A stretch of DNA of 64,000 bases, from contig NC_057719.1 in assembly GCF_004010195.1 (NCBI RefSeq), positions 9,649,112-9,713,111 of the forward strand. The letters run 5' to 3'. The stretch is from Chiloscyllium plagiosum. Its lineage: Eukaryota. Shown here in pieces: positions 50,178 through 60,945 of this stretch. Within the stretch, counting starts at the first letter, position 1. Every line of letters starts with the position of its first letter. Below the pieces are notes generated by a model that did not search any database, was not told the DNA's origin, and saw nothing but the letters and a program-made list of their open reading frames with translations. The position numbers and the translations under genes were made by a program.

Positions 50178-51729
50178 CTTGTAATTGGTTGGGTTGGATT
50201 TGTCTTGCTGTTTGTGTACAGGACATACCTGGGCAATTGTCCACATTGTTGGGTAGATGCCAGTGCTGTAACTGTACTGGAAGAGCTTGGCTAGGGGAGC
50301 AGCATGTTCTGGAGCACGCCTTCAGTACTACTGCCGGAATGATATCAGGGCCCATTACCTTTGCAGTAACCAGTGCATTCAGTCGTTTCTTGATATCACG
50401 TGGAGCGAATCAAATTGGCTGGAGACTGGTATCTGTGATGCTGGGGACCACCGGAGGAGCCCAAGATGGAACAGCCACTCGGCACTTCAGAATGAAGATA
50501 TTTTTGAATGTATCAGCTTTATCTTTTGCACTGATGTGCTGAGCTCCTCCATCATTGATGATGGGGATATCCGTGGAGTCTCCTCCTCCAGTGAATTGTT
50601 TAATTGTCCACCACCATTCATGACTGGATGTGGAATGACTGCAGAGCTTCAATGTGATCCGTTGGTTGTGGGATCGCTTAGCTCTGTTAATCACTTGCTG
50701 TTTAAGCCATTTGGCATGCAAGTGGTCCTGTTTGGTACCTTCACCAGGTTAACACCTCATTTTTAGGTGCTCCTGGCATGCCCTCCTGCACTCTCCATTG
50801 AACCAGGGTTGATCCCCTGGCTTGATGGTAATGGTTGAGTGGGGATATGCCAGTCCATGAGGTTACAGATTGTTCTGGAGTACAATTCTGCTGTTGTTGA
50901 TGGCCCACAGCACCTCATGGATGCCCAGTCTTGAGCTGCTAGATCAGTTTGAAGTCTGTCCCATTTCGCACAGTGATATTGCCACACAGCACAATGGAGG
51001 TTATTCTCAATGTGAAGGTGGGACTTTGTCTCCACAAGGACTGTGCAGTGGTCACTTTTACCTATATTGTCATGGACAGATGCTTCTGCAGCCAGCAGAT
51101 TGGTAAGGATGAGGTCGAGTATGTTTTTACCTTTTACTGGTTCCCTCACCATCTGCCCCAGACCCAGTCTGGCAGTTATATCCTTTAGGACCCAACCAGC
51201 TCGAACAGTAATGCTGCTGCCAAGCCACCCTTGATGGTGGACAGTGAAATCCCCCACCCAGAGTACGTTTTGCACCCTTGCCAGCCTCAGTGTTTCCTCT
51301 AAGTGTTGTTCAACATTGAGGAGCACTGATTCATCGGCCGAAGGAGGATGGTACGTGGTAATCAGTAAGAGGTTTCCTTGCCCATGTTTAACCTGAAGCC
51401 ATAAAACTTCACTGGGTCCAGACTCGATGTCAAGGCCTGCCAGGGCAACTCCCTCCAACTGTATCCCACTGTGCCACCACCTCTGCTGGGTCTATTCTGC
51501 CGGTGGGACAGGACATATCCAGGGATGGTAATGGTGGTGTCTGGGGTGTTATCTGTAAGGTATGATTCTGTAAGAATGACTATGCTGGGCTGTTGCTTGA
51601 CTAGTCTGTGAGACAACACTCCCAATTTTGGGACTAGCCCCCAGGTGTTAGTAGGGAGGACTCTGCATAGTCAAAAGGGCTGTTTGTGTTTTTGCCATGG
51701 TCATTTTCGGTTCCGAGGTCAATGCTAGG

Positions 51730-52160
51730 TGGTCCATCCAGTCTCATTTCTTTGTTGTGACTTCCGAACGATTGATACAATTGAGTAGCTTGCTAGGCCA
51801 TTCAGAGGGCAGCTGAGAGTCAACCACATTGCTATGGCTCTGGAGTCACATGGAGGCCAGATCAGGTAAGGATGGCAGATTTCCCTCCCGAAAGAACATC
51901 AGTGAATTAGATGGGTTTTTCCGACAATTGACAATGGTTTCATGGTCCATCCAGTCTCATTTCTTTGTTGTGACTTCCGAGCGATTGATACAATTGAGTG
52001 GCTTGCTAGGCCATTCAGAGGGCAGCTGAGAGTCAACCACATTGCTATGGCTCTGGAGTCATATGGAGGCCAGATCAGGTAAGGATGGCAGATTTCCCTC
52101 CCGAAAGAACATCAGTGAATTAGATGGGTTTTTCCGACAATTGACAATGGTTTCATGGTC
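51730..52160 (+). repeat. 213-bp tandem duplication in the LINE 5' region
   Basis: Units 51730-51942 and 51943-52155; identical ORF starts at 51829 and 52042; TGGTC microhomology. Confidence 0.95.
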
Positions 52161-52364
52161 ATCAGTCGATCCTAAATTCCAGATTTTTAAAAATTTAATT
52201 CAAATTCCACCATGTGCCGTGACAGGATTTAAATCCCCATAATATTATACTGGCTTTCTGGATTAATTGTCGAGCAAATAAGATGCGACGAGGAACAACC
52301 CTGTAATTGTTTTGATATTCTGTTGGTCTTATATATTTTCTAATCAACCTGTGTAGGAATATTT

Positions 52365-52580
52365 ACTGAAGACAACAAATGCTGGAGATCACAGCAGGTC
52401 AGGCAGCATCCATGGAGAGACAGCGAGCTAATGTTTCAAGTCTAGATGACTCTTCATCACAGCACGTTGAAGCTCCAATGAACAGTCATCTACACTCGAA
52501 ATGTTAGCTGGCTGTCTTTCCACAGATGCTGCCTGAACCGTTGTGACCTCCAGCATTTATTGTTTTCAGTACAGATTGCA
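52365..52580. mobile_element. PLE-derived inverted repeat (GAGTC-stem family)
   Basis: Minus strand gtgatgaagagtcatctagacttgaaacattagc; plus strand atgaacagtcatctacactcgaaatgttagc. Confidence 0.75.
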
Positions 52581-53724
52581 GTAATTTGCTCCGACTTGCT
52601 CAGGTCCATAATTACATATCTCTGGAGCTGGGAGAACTTGAAGCTGGGCCTCCTGGCCCAGAGATAGGGACAGTACCACTGCAAAACAAGAACACTTCTG
52701 TACGTTTACTTAATGTCTTTTTTCTAAACTTTACCCATTTATCTCATGATTCTTTGCTCTGCTTGGCTCCCGCTGAAACCCCTGACTGTTTGCGGGTTAT
52801 ACTCCATTGTTGTACATTCTTGTATGGCTGCTGCTGCTATGATTTCTACAAAGACACCTCATCCAAAATCAAATACGTCTTAAATTACAGTCAACCTGAA
52901 AATTGGGAATTTGCTGATAAATAATGCTTTTTTTCCCTGAAAATTAAAACAAAGGTTCTTGCGACAGTGTCATGCTCTGAAACCCCTCTGAAAGAATGTT
53001 GCTACAAAGGCTGACAGGGGAATGAAATTGGCTCTGTACACAGTAAAATTCTAATTTGCAGAATGTTTCAGTAGTTGCAGAGAAACAAAGTGTCTTACTT
53101 TTTCACATGTGCCTACAAATAGCATTGCCTAAGGGAAACTGGAGCATTTAAGGTGCCTCTCACAAAGAAAACAGTTCATCTGAATAATAAGCATCAAGGT
53201 TTTAATTGCTTTCTTTGCCTTGTTTAACTCTCACCTACTGCAGTGATTTTACTGAATAACTTTGGATGAAGGGATCATCAGTTCAAATCCCCTTTGACAT
53301 TTTGGGGAGGAACCACTTGATCAGGTTCAACAGAATAAGCGTTTAAAAGCATTTTATCGTGGGAAAGTTTTTTGAGGAAAACAACGTTGGCCCAAGGCAC
53401 AGAAGCCACCAATGATGGTAATTCATTTGTTTTAGGATGTCCAAGAGGCATTTTCCTCATATACCGACATACATCCTGATTTACCTTTACGTTTTGGTAC
53501 TTTTTGCAAATTGCCCTGATGAGAGCAGGGCAAAGGCCTTTGATAAAATGAGTCTTCTTTCAGCAACGTTCAAGTATTGGTCTGAAGAAAGCAGCTGAGG
53601 CCAAAACATTGAATGCTTCAAGAAGGAGTTCAATATAGTTCTTAGGGCTAAAGGGATTGTACGGTATGAGGAGAAAGTAAGAGCAGGGGACTGAGTTGAA
53701 TGATCAGCCAGTGTTTTTTATGCA

Positions 53725-54200
53725 CTTTTTTTATTCACGAGTGGGACACGATATTGTTGGCAGGCCAGCACTTTATTGCCTGTCCCTAGCTGCCCATGAG
53801 AAGTTGGTACTGAGTTGCCTTCTTGAATTGCTGCAGTAGGTAGACTCATAATGCTGTTAGGGAGTGAATTCCAGGATTTTTGACCCAGTGACAGTGAAAG
53901 AATGGGGACACATTTGCAAGTCAGGATGGTGAATGGCTTGGAGGGAAACTTCAGGATGATAGTTTTCCTATGTATCTGCTGCCCTTGTCCTTTAAACGAA
54001 AATGGTCATGCATTTGGAAGGTGCTGCCTAAGGATCTTTAGTGAATTTCTGCAGTGCATCTTATAGATAGTACACACTGCTATCACTGAGCATTGTTGGT
54101 GGAGGGAGTGGATGTTTGTGGATGTGAGGTCAATCAAAGGGGGCTGCTTTGTCTTGAATGGTGTCAAGCTTCCTGAGTGTTGTTAAAGCTGCTCACATTG
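53725..54200 (-). mobile_element. 3' fragment of the same Zenon-like LINE family
   Basis: gaattccaggatttttgacccagtgacagtgaaagaatgg...gaatttctgcagtgcatcttatagatagtacacactgc parallels 48750-49060. Confidence 0.85.
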
Positions 54201-55004
54201 AGAATATCCACCCATGTTTCTATGTTTGCCAAGTGTTAAGTGTACCAAGTTACCAGTCTTAAGCGATTATAACCTCTTACAGAGTCATACAGCACAGAAA
54301 CAGACCCTTCGGCCTAACCAGTCCATGCCGTACATAATCCCAAACTCAGCTCATGCCTTCTAACCTTTCCTATTCCTGTACTTATCCAAATGTTTTTTAT
54401 CTTCCCATTTTGTATGTTTCTGTGTTACCAAATGACAAAACAATAAATAATAGTTTTGTCTGACTTAAACTTTTCCAGAATGGTTTTGAGGAATGGAACA
54501 TTTGTGGTAAATATTCTCCAAGTCGTGGAGATTTCTTAGACCTTTAAAAATGATAGACCGGACCTGGACGTGAAAACTACAACCAATCCCATTTCTGGTC
54601 ATAAAGGGGAAAAGAGCAGGACGTGAACCCTCACGTGAGGGGATCTCAATTTCAGCAGGCTCATTTGAATCCGGTGTTGCGAGGAAATTTCCTGACTCGA
54701 GCGAGCTGCCTCAGGAGGGAAAATCCAGCGCATATTGTTGCACACACAAGGCAGCTCTCAAAATATGCAGTGTGTGAATTTGTACCTGAAAGGCCCCGAG
54801 ATGTCCATGGAAAGTTAATCATGAGGACAACCTCCGAAAACAGAGTGACAGAATAGGTGAGAAATCTGCTCACAGGCTGGATGTTGCCCACAGGTTTGAG
54901 TCATATTCCAAGACCAAAGCTGCCTATGGGTGGTTGGGCCTCTGGCAGAGCTAGGGCCAGGTTGGGTTGTGGGTGGGGGGGGGGGGAGGATTGGGGAAGA
55001 GAAA

Positions 55005-55272
55005 GTTGTGAACACAGCCCGTTCCATCATGCAAGCCAATCATCCATCCATGACTCCATCTACACTTCTCATTACCTTGGCAAGGCAGCCAACATCATCA
55101 AAGACCCCTTCCATCCTGGTTATAATCTCTTTCAACCTCTTCCTAGAGGCAGAAGATACAAAATCTTAAACACACTCATCAACAGGTTCAAGAACAGCTT
55201 CTTCCCGCCGTTATTAGACTGCTGAATGAACCTCTCAAATTTTTATGTACCTGTGACAATAATAAATCAAAT
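55005..55272 (+). mobile_element. Rex1/Babar LINE 3' fragment
   Basis: LGKAANIIKDPFHPGYNLFQPLPRGRRYKILNTLINRFKNSFFP; tail tgtgacaataataaatcaaatt. Confidence 0.85.
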
Positions 55273-55444
55273 TAAAAGAAAAAGAGTCTCTAAGGAACAA
55301 ATAAGCTGTGACCTCAACATAGAAAGTAAGAGTAGGAAGAGGCTATTCAGCCCTTCCAACTCATTTCCTGCTTAATCTGCGGAAGTTGCATTTTGAGTAA
55401 TGCTTTTATGTGATAGAAGATTGTGTCAGTTGCTTCAAAAATAC

Positions 55445-55697
55445 CTTGTTTGCTCTTTTTTTTCTGCTGTATTCTTAAGAATTCATGCTTCCCTTGTGTG
55501 CTGTGCTTTATGTCCAATGGAGGGTTGGTAATTGTTGAGAATAATGATGCACATTTCTGACTCTCCAATTCTGCTGTCAGTCCAAGTACCTGATATGTCA
55601 ACCCAAATAAAAAGCTCTTGACATTACAGGATGGTATCACCTCATCAATAAGTTTGCAAAAATGAGATAGCAACCCCATAAAATCCATAAGCAACCC
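55445..55697 (-). other. Candidate exon, product unknown
   Basis: ttttggtttgattttcag|gggttg...aaacaag|gtattt; open frame GLLMDFMGLLSHFCKLIDEVIP...QQKKKSKQ; no family recognised. Confidence 0.25.
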
Positions 55698-56149
55698 CTG
55701 AAAATCAAACCAAAAGGTCACCCTCAAAAAAATCAAAGTAGCATCAACAGGATACAAAACACTAAAAACCAAATCTCAGACCTGGTGATCAGAATGAGAA
55801 AGCAACTGAATATGCTGGCCGCATAAAAACAAAAATAATAGAGTCCTTTCCCAGGTTAGATTTCTTGCTGTGGGAGAATACTGGTTGTGCAGATTTAACT
55901 ATTTGTTGCGTAAAATGCATATAGACTTTCAGATCTATATAAAGCCATTTGTTTGGAAAATAACTGGTATGTGTACCAGCCATAAAGTAGAGGATAAAAA
56001 TATATATATTTGAATGCAGTCATGGAATGGAAATGAAATGGACTACTCACACCTTGAAGATACGTGGATTCTGGGTCACTTGCAATTTCCAGGCAGGAAT
56101 CCCAATGAGACTGTTTTACTTGCTGAGTCTCCTACAAAAACACCTTCCA

Positions 56150-56440
56150 CCATTTCTACCTTCAAAGCTTCTACCACCACAAGAGCCAAAGCTAGTGGAT
56201 GCACAAGAACATCGACACTACAGTTTCCTTTCCAAACCCCACCCATCTCCCTAAATTGGAACTATGTCATCACTCTTCCACTGTCGCTAAGTCAAAATCC
56301 CTCCCTAACAGCACTGTAGGTGCAGCTGGATTGCAACAGTACAAATCGACAGCTCATCGTTATCTCCTCAATACCAATTAGGGATGGGCGAGCGATGTTA
56401 ACCTTACCAGTAACACTCAGGTCCCATGAGTAACCTTTTT
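56150..56440 (+). mobile_element. Old 3' fragment of the Zenon-like LINE family
   Basis: cactgtcgctaagtcaaaatccctccctaacagcactgtagg...caattagggatgggc. Confidence 0.6.
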
Positions 56441-57061
56441 AAGATGTTGCAGATTGTGTTATACGTGGTTTGATGGAAAATCGAGTAGAACCTTTTCCAG
56501 CAATGAACATTCAGTCACCCTCAATGGCCCAGATACAGGTAAGATTATCATAAATTTTCTCTAATCCTTTGATTTACTGCTTTTACATTGCTCGTGAAAG
56601 GGCTATACCTATTTATTTGTTTTGTGACTGCAGAAACCTTCAGCATTTTGTTACCCATTCAGCCATTTAAGGCATGCAGATAATTACTACAGCACAGTCA
56701 AATGCCATTAAACTTTCATCTGATGAAGAACACAGTGAATTTTCAGTGACACAGCTTACTAGTGGTGTGATTAGCACCACATAACAGAATTTCAAAATCG
56801 AGATCCATCGGTTTGGTATCCAATAACTTTTCTGTATGGAAGAGTTGAACAGACAAAGGAGATTAGAACTTTGCACATTTTACTGGTTTTTGTTAATGAT
56901 ATTTGACTGCGGGGTTATTGTAACTCAGATCTTTGGCATATTCAGAAAGTTAACCTCTGCAGTCTTTTCCCCAGTGTATCTAAGGACACAACAACAGACA
57001 TATTAAGCAATTCTTTTAAACATGATAAAAGCATTAAGAAACAAAATGAAACTTGAACAAT

Positions 57062-57500
57062 GACTTACTGGAGTTACAGTTAATCCTGATACAGTCTAGA
57101 CGGGGAAGAATAAATGAAAGATGAAATCGTATCCTTCAAGGTAACAGCTGCAGACATCCAATAACAATAAGTCCACCCTTCCGGGGACAGACACACGCAA
57201 GGAGGTGGCCATTTTACTTCACCCTTCATATGACATAGACATCAACGATCTTCATACAATGAGACTCAAACATAGATTTGTACCCTCCATACAACAGAAT
57301 TCTCACTGCAATTTTGCACATGATGCTATACTTATTTTCTAGCCCCACTGCAGTAGCAGAAGCTTATGTCTCTCCAGGGAAAAAAAATGAACAACGTTTT
57401 TTCAACATTTGTTTGCACGCTCTTCACCTGCACCCCCCTCCCGCCCACCCACACACCCCTTCAGCTTCCCCCCACCACCTCTAGCTATAAAATGGCCACT
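57062..57500. promoter_or_regulatory. Candidate bidirectional promoter with a minus-strand first exon ending at cca|gtaagt (57069)
   Basis: YY1-like aaaatggcc on both strands (about 57207-57215 -, 57489-57497 +), ETS-like ccggaag, consensus donor site. Confidence 0.3.
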
Positions 57501-59989
57501 TGCAAACAGCTAACCAAATGAACATCCAAACCGAGATTTCGTGGAGATCGTTTCAATTGTCAGTATCAAAGGTGACTGGCTCAACCATTTCACAAACTCA
57601 TGACCAACTAGCCTGCCAAATACGGACTAAGGAAGCTGTCGAAGAGAGCATTTAGCAAGAAGATGGGTGAGCAGTGTTCTGGCAGGGCCAGTAATCTTTG
57701 AAAGGTCTAGCCGGTTTCTCAAGGACTTTGTTGTGTTGAAAGTGTTAAGTACACGAGAAAGCAAATATGAGAATTATGCCAATCTTACTTGCAGATCAAA
57801 GTCAGAAGTTAAGAGCAGTAGATTGTTGTTTCAGATTGTTATGTCCAGCAGAAGTATTGATACAGGTGAGATGCTTTCATTGATTATCAAATGGATTACC
57901 ACCACTTTTATTTTCGTAAGAGAATGATCTTTGTCATTCCTTACACTCAATTTTGAAGCATTTCTTAATCCAATTAAAGTTGTTGAACCTGTACTTCCCT
58001 CACTTTTGTTGTTTTCGACGGACAGGTATTTTTGTTTTGCAAACTTGGTTAAGCGTCATTATTGATTTTCATGAAGCATTATGAATTTCAATAATATGTA
58101 TTAAGTCTATCTCACTTCCAGCTCCCAAAATTTGGACTCTGCTGAGAAATCCTTGAGAAACAACAAGGAGGAAAGCTACATCAACAATCTGGGTTCGGTT
58201 TCATGTGGCCAGGTTTGTCATGTGTCGTCAACCGCAACAGAAAAGTGGGTGCAAACAGCCGCGGACCATTCGGCACAATCACCATACAGAGGCCGTGATA
58301 CCTTTTGGGAGTGGGGGCTACGTAACTTTCCTTCATCATTGTATGCCCCTATCTGAAACCCAACTGTTCAACAACAATGATAAAGGAGCGCTGTTCCTTA
58401 ACTCAAAATGTTCCGTGTGTGTGCAGGGAGTTATGATGGGCTCCCAGGTGCTATGAGGTGCAGGTACCTGAGCAGAAGTTGGATATCACTGGTGATTATG
58501 GAACTCCATCAGATTTGTCGGATTTTAAAGCAATTATGGTGTTAGCATTTCCAAACTCAGAGAATAAAGCATTCTTTATTATACCAGCAACTTCAATCAA
58601 GCGAAATGATATCACATACTTGGATTCCTATTTAATTATGAGATTAAAGGAAAGCTGTTTTTATTCTTTGTGACTTTTCTGTCAGCCATTAAGTACCTGT
58701 TTTTGCAAGATTCCCAGTGGTTCAGTTGGTAGATGGACAAATATGGTAGTGATTTACATAAGTGCATGTTTTGCAAAGTTTAATCTTGCATGCTGAATTC
58801 AGTGATTTCAAACTGGGTGTCAACAGGGAGGTCTTAGAGTTAAGTTCAATGCTCACAACAGAAATGTAGAGGATGGGAAGGGACAGAGCACACTTGTTCA
58901 GGGTGATTGTTTCTGATCACTTGCCTGGGATGGATCACCTGAGGAACCTCGGTGACTGGATGAGACAGAAGTGCTCAGGAACTGACCACATGAGAAAGGG
59001 AGCAATGTTCACAATGGCTGAGATCTTGAGAGGTGGAGATATGCAAAGGGAAATCTTTCATTTCTTGTTTCGTCAATCAAATTCTTGGAATACGAAGACC
59101 TCCCGATCCTGAATTTTTGGATCTGATGGACCCTGAATGCAAGGAGCTGTGACAGTGATGAGGAAAAGGACAATTATTAACATTGCATTGACAGAAGACT
59201 GTCTGGCTGGCTAAATCTGAAAGCCTGGGCTCCTTCTCAAGGACACAGGCATTTATTACTGCACTCTGTAAATCATTCCAAGTTTAACATTTGGAGCCTT
59301 GACCTGACCACAAAGTGTGTCCAATTCTCAGTCAGATCAAACAAACAATCATGTGCCTGATGGAAACGAACAGACAACTACAAAGGAAATTAAAAATTGG
59401 TTCAGAATTAATTTCAGTAGCCATGCTGAATGGATAAATGAATTTTGAAAGAATTATTTATTACAGAGAGCCAAATAGAGATTTTATAGTGAAAAATGTG
59501 ATCAGATGTGGCCTAACATTTGACTCCTTAGACTCGCTTTGAGACTCAATGCTACATATTTCCACTCCAGTCCCATGAAATAAGCTAAGCAATTATTTTC
59601 ATCTATTTAAACGAGCCCTTAACTGCTTCAGAAGCTGCACTGATCTACAGTGCAGGTGATGGGAACCTTGATCGAAGATCCAGTAGACACTGAAGTTCTT
59701 CTCCTTAAAAGCTCCAGCAACCTGTATTATAAAGTAACATGCTTAGGGACTACCTCGCACGGTTGCCGGAGCTAACAGCGGTGGAGTTTGGTGCCTGGGG
59801 TGGGTCTGTGGTAAGCCTACAGCGAAGGCAGATGGGACATTGGCTGCTGCAGTTTCTGATGCTCAGTGCAGGTCATTGCCTGCGGTGGACCCGAAGTGGG
59901 GCTGTGTCCTTTCTAAGATATAAGGCTGAGTTCAGCATGGTCTGGTGATGAGGTTCTGTGCTGTATATCTTTACCATTCTATGAGGTTC

Positions 59990-60945
59990 CGGCGCAGTCT
60001 GGAGGCAAGGTCGGCACAGTCTCGCAAGGGTGGGGGAAGGAGGGGTCTTGGTGCAGTCTGGAGGGAAGGACCCAGTGCGTCTAGAGAGGAGGTCTCGGTG
60101 TAGTATGGAGAGGAGGTCTTGGTGCGGTCTGGAGGGGCAATGTCGTTGTGGTCTGGAAGGGAGGACCTAGTTACTCTGGAGAGGAGGTCTCAGTACAGTC
60201 TGGACGGGTTCTCAGTACAGTCTGGAGGGAAGGTCTCAGTGCGGTCTGGGCGGGGACCTCAGTGTGGTCTGGGCAGGGGGTCTCAGTACGGTCTGGATAT
60301 AGGGTCACAGTGCGATCTAGGCAGGGGGTCTCAGTACAGTCTGGAGGAGCTTTACAGTATGGTCTGGGTGGGGGTCTCAGTACAGTCTGGGCGGGGGCCT
60401 CAGTACGGTCTGGGTGGGTGTCTCAGTACAGTCTGGGTGGTGGTCTCAGTACAGTCTGGGCGGGGTCTCAGTATGGTCTGGGCAGGGGTCTCAGTGCGGT
60501 CTGGAGGGAGGGTCTCAGTGCGGTCTGGGCGGGGGTTTCAGTGTGGTCTGTGCGGGGGTCTCAGTACGATCTGGGTTGGGGTCTCAGTGCGGTCTGACTG
60601 GGGGTCTCNNNNNNNNNTGGGCGGGGGTCTCAGTGCGGTCTGGAGGGAGGGTCTCAATACGGTCTGGGTGGGGGTCTCAGTACAGTCTGGGTGGGGGTCT
60701 CAGTACGGTCTGGGCGGGGGGTCTCAGTACAGTCTGGGTGTGGGTCTCAGTGCGGCCTGTGCGGGGGTCTCAATCCGGTCTGGGCGGATGTCTCAGGGCG
60801 GTCTGGGCGGGTGTCTCAGGGCGGTCTGGGCGGGTGTCTCAGTGCGGTCTGGGCGGGTGTCTCAGTGCGGTCTGGGCGGGGGTCTCAGTGCGGTCTGGGC
60901 GGGGGTCTCGTTACAGTCTGGAGAGGAGTGTGTTGGTGCAGTCTG
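59990..60945 (+). repeat. G-rich minisatellite, about 23-bp unit GGGGTCTCAGT(G/A)C(G/A)GTCTGGGCG
   Basis: Dozens of tandem units, most homogeneous at 60760-60910; N gap at 60609-60617. Confidence 0.95.

Larger units (their letters stand above)
48612..52285 (-). mobile_element. Near full-length decayed non-LTR retrotransposon, CR1 group (Zenon-like), single EN-RT ORF
   Basis: EN: QPSIVILTESYL, RGGGTVGY, VLWVGDF, ILDLILTN, KSDH. RT: GPDIIP, VCPVHKQQDKSNPTNYKPISVLS, ALDIKGAFDRV, GVLQGSVLGPTIFSCFINDL, MFTDD, IYKAQVRSVMEYSPLAW. Frameshifted. Confidence 0.92.

Noticed and set aside
53235..53476. Minus-strand coding exon or C/D snoRNA (tgatga)
   Set aside because: The frame stops before the donor-like site, and no box D lies at a suitable distance.
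59990..60945. CRISPR-like array
   Set aside because: The units are contiguous with no unique spacers, there are no cas genes, and the context is vertebrate.
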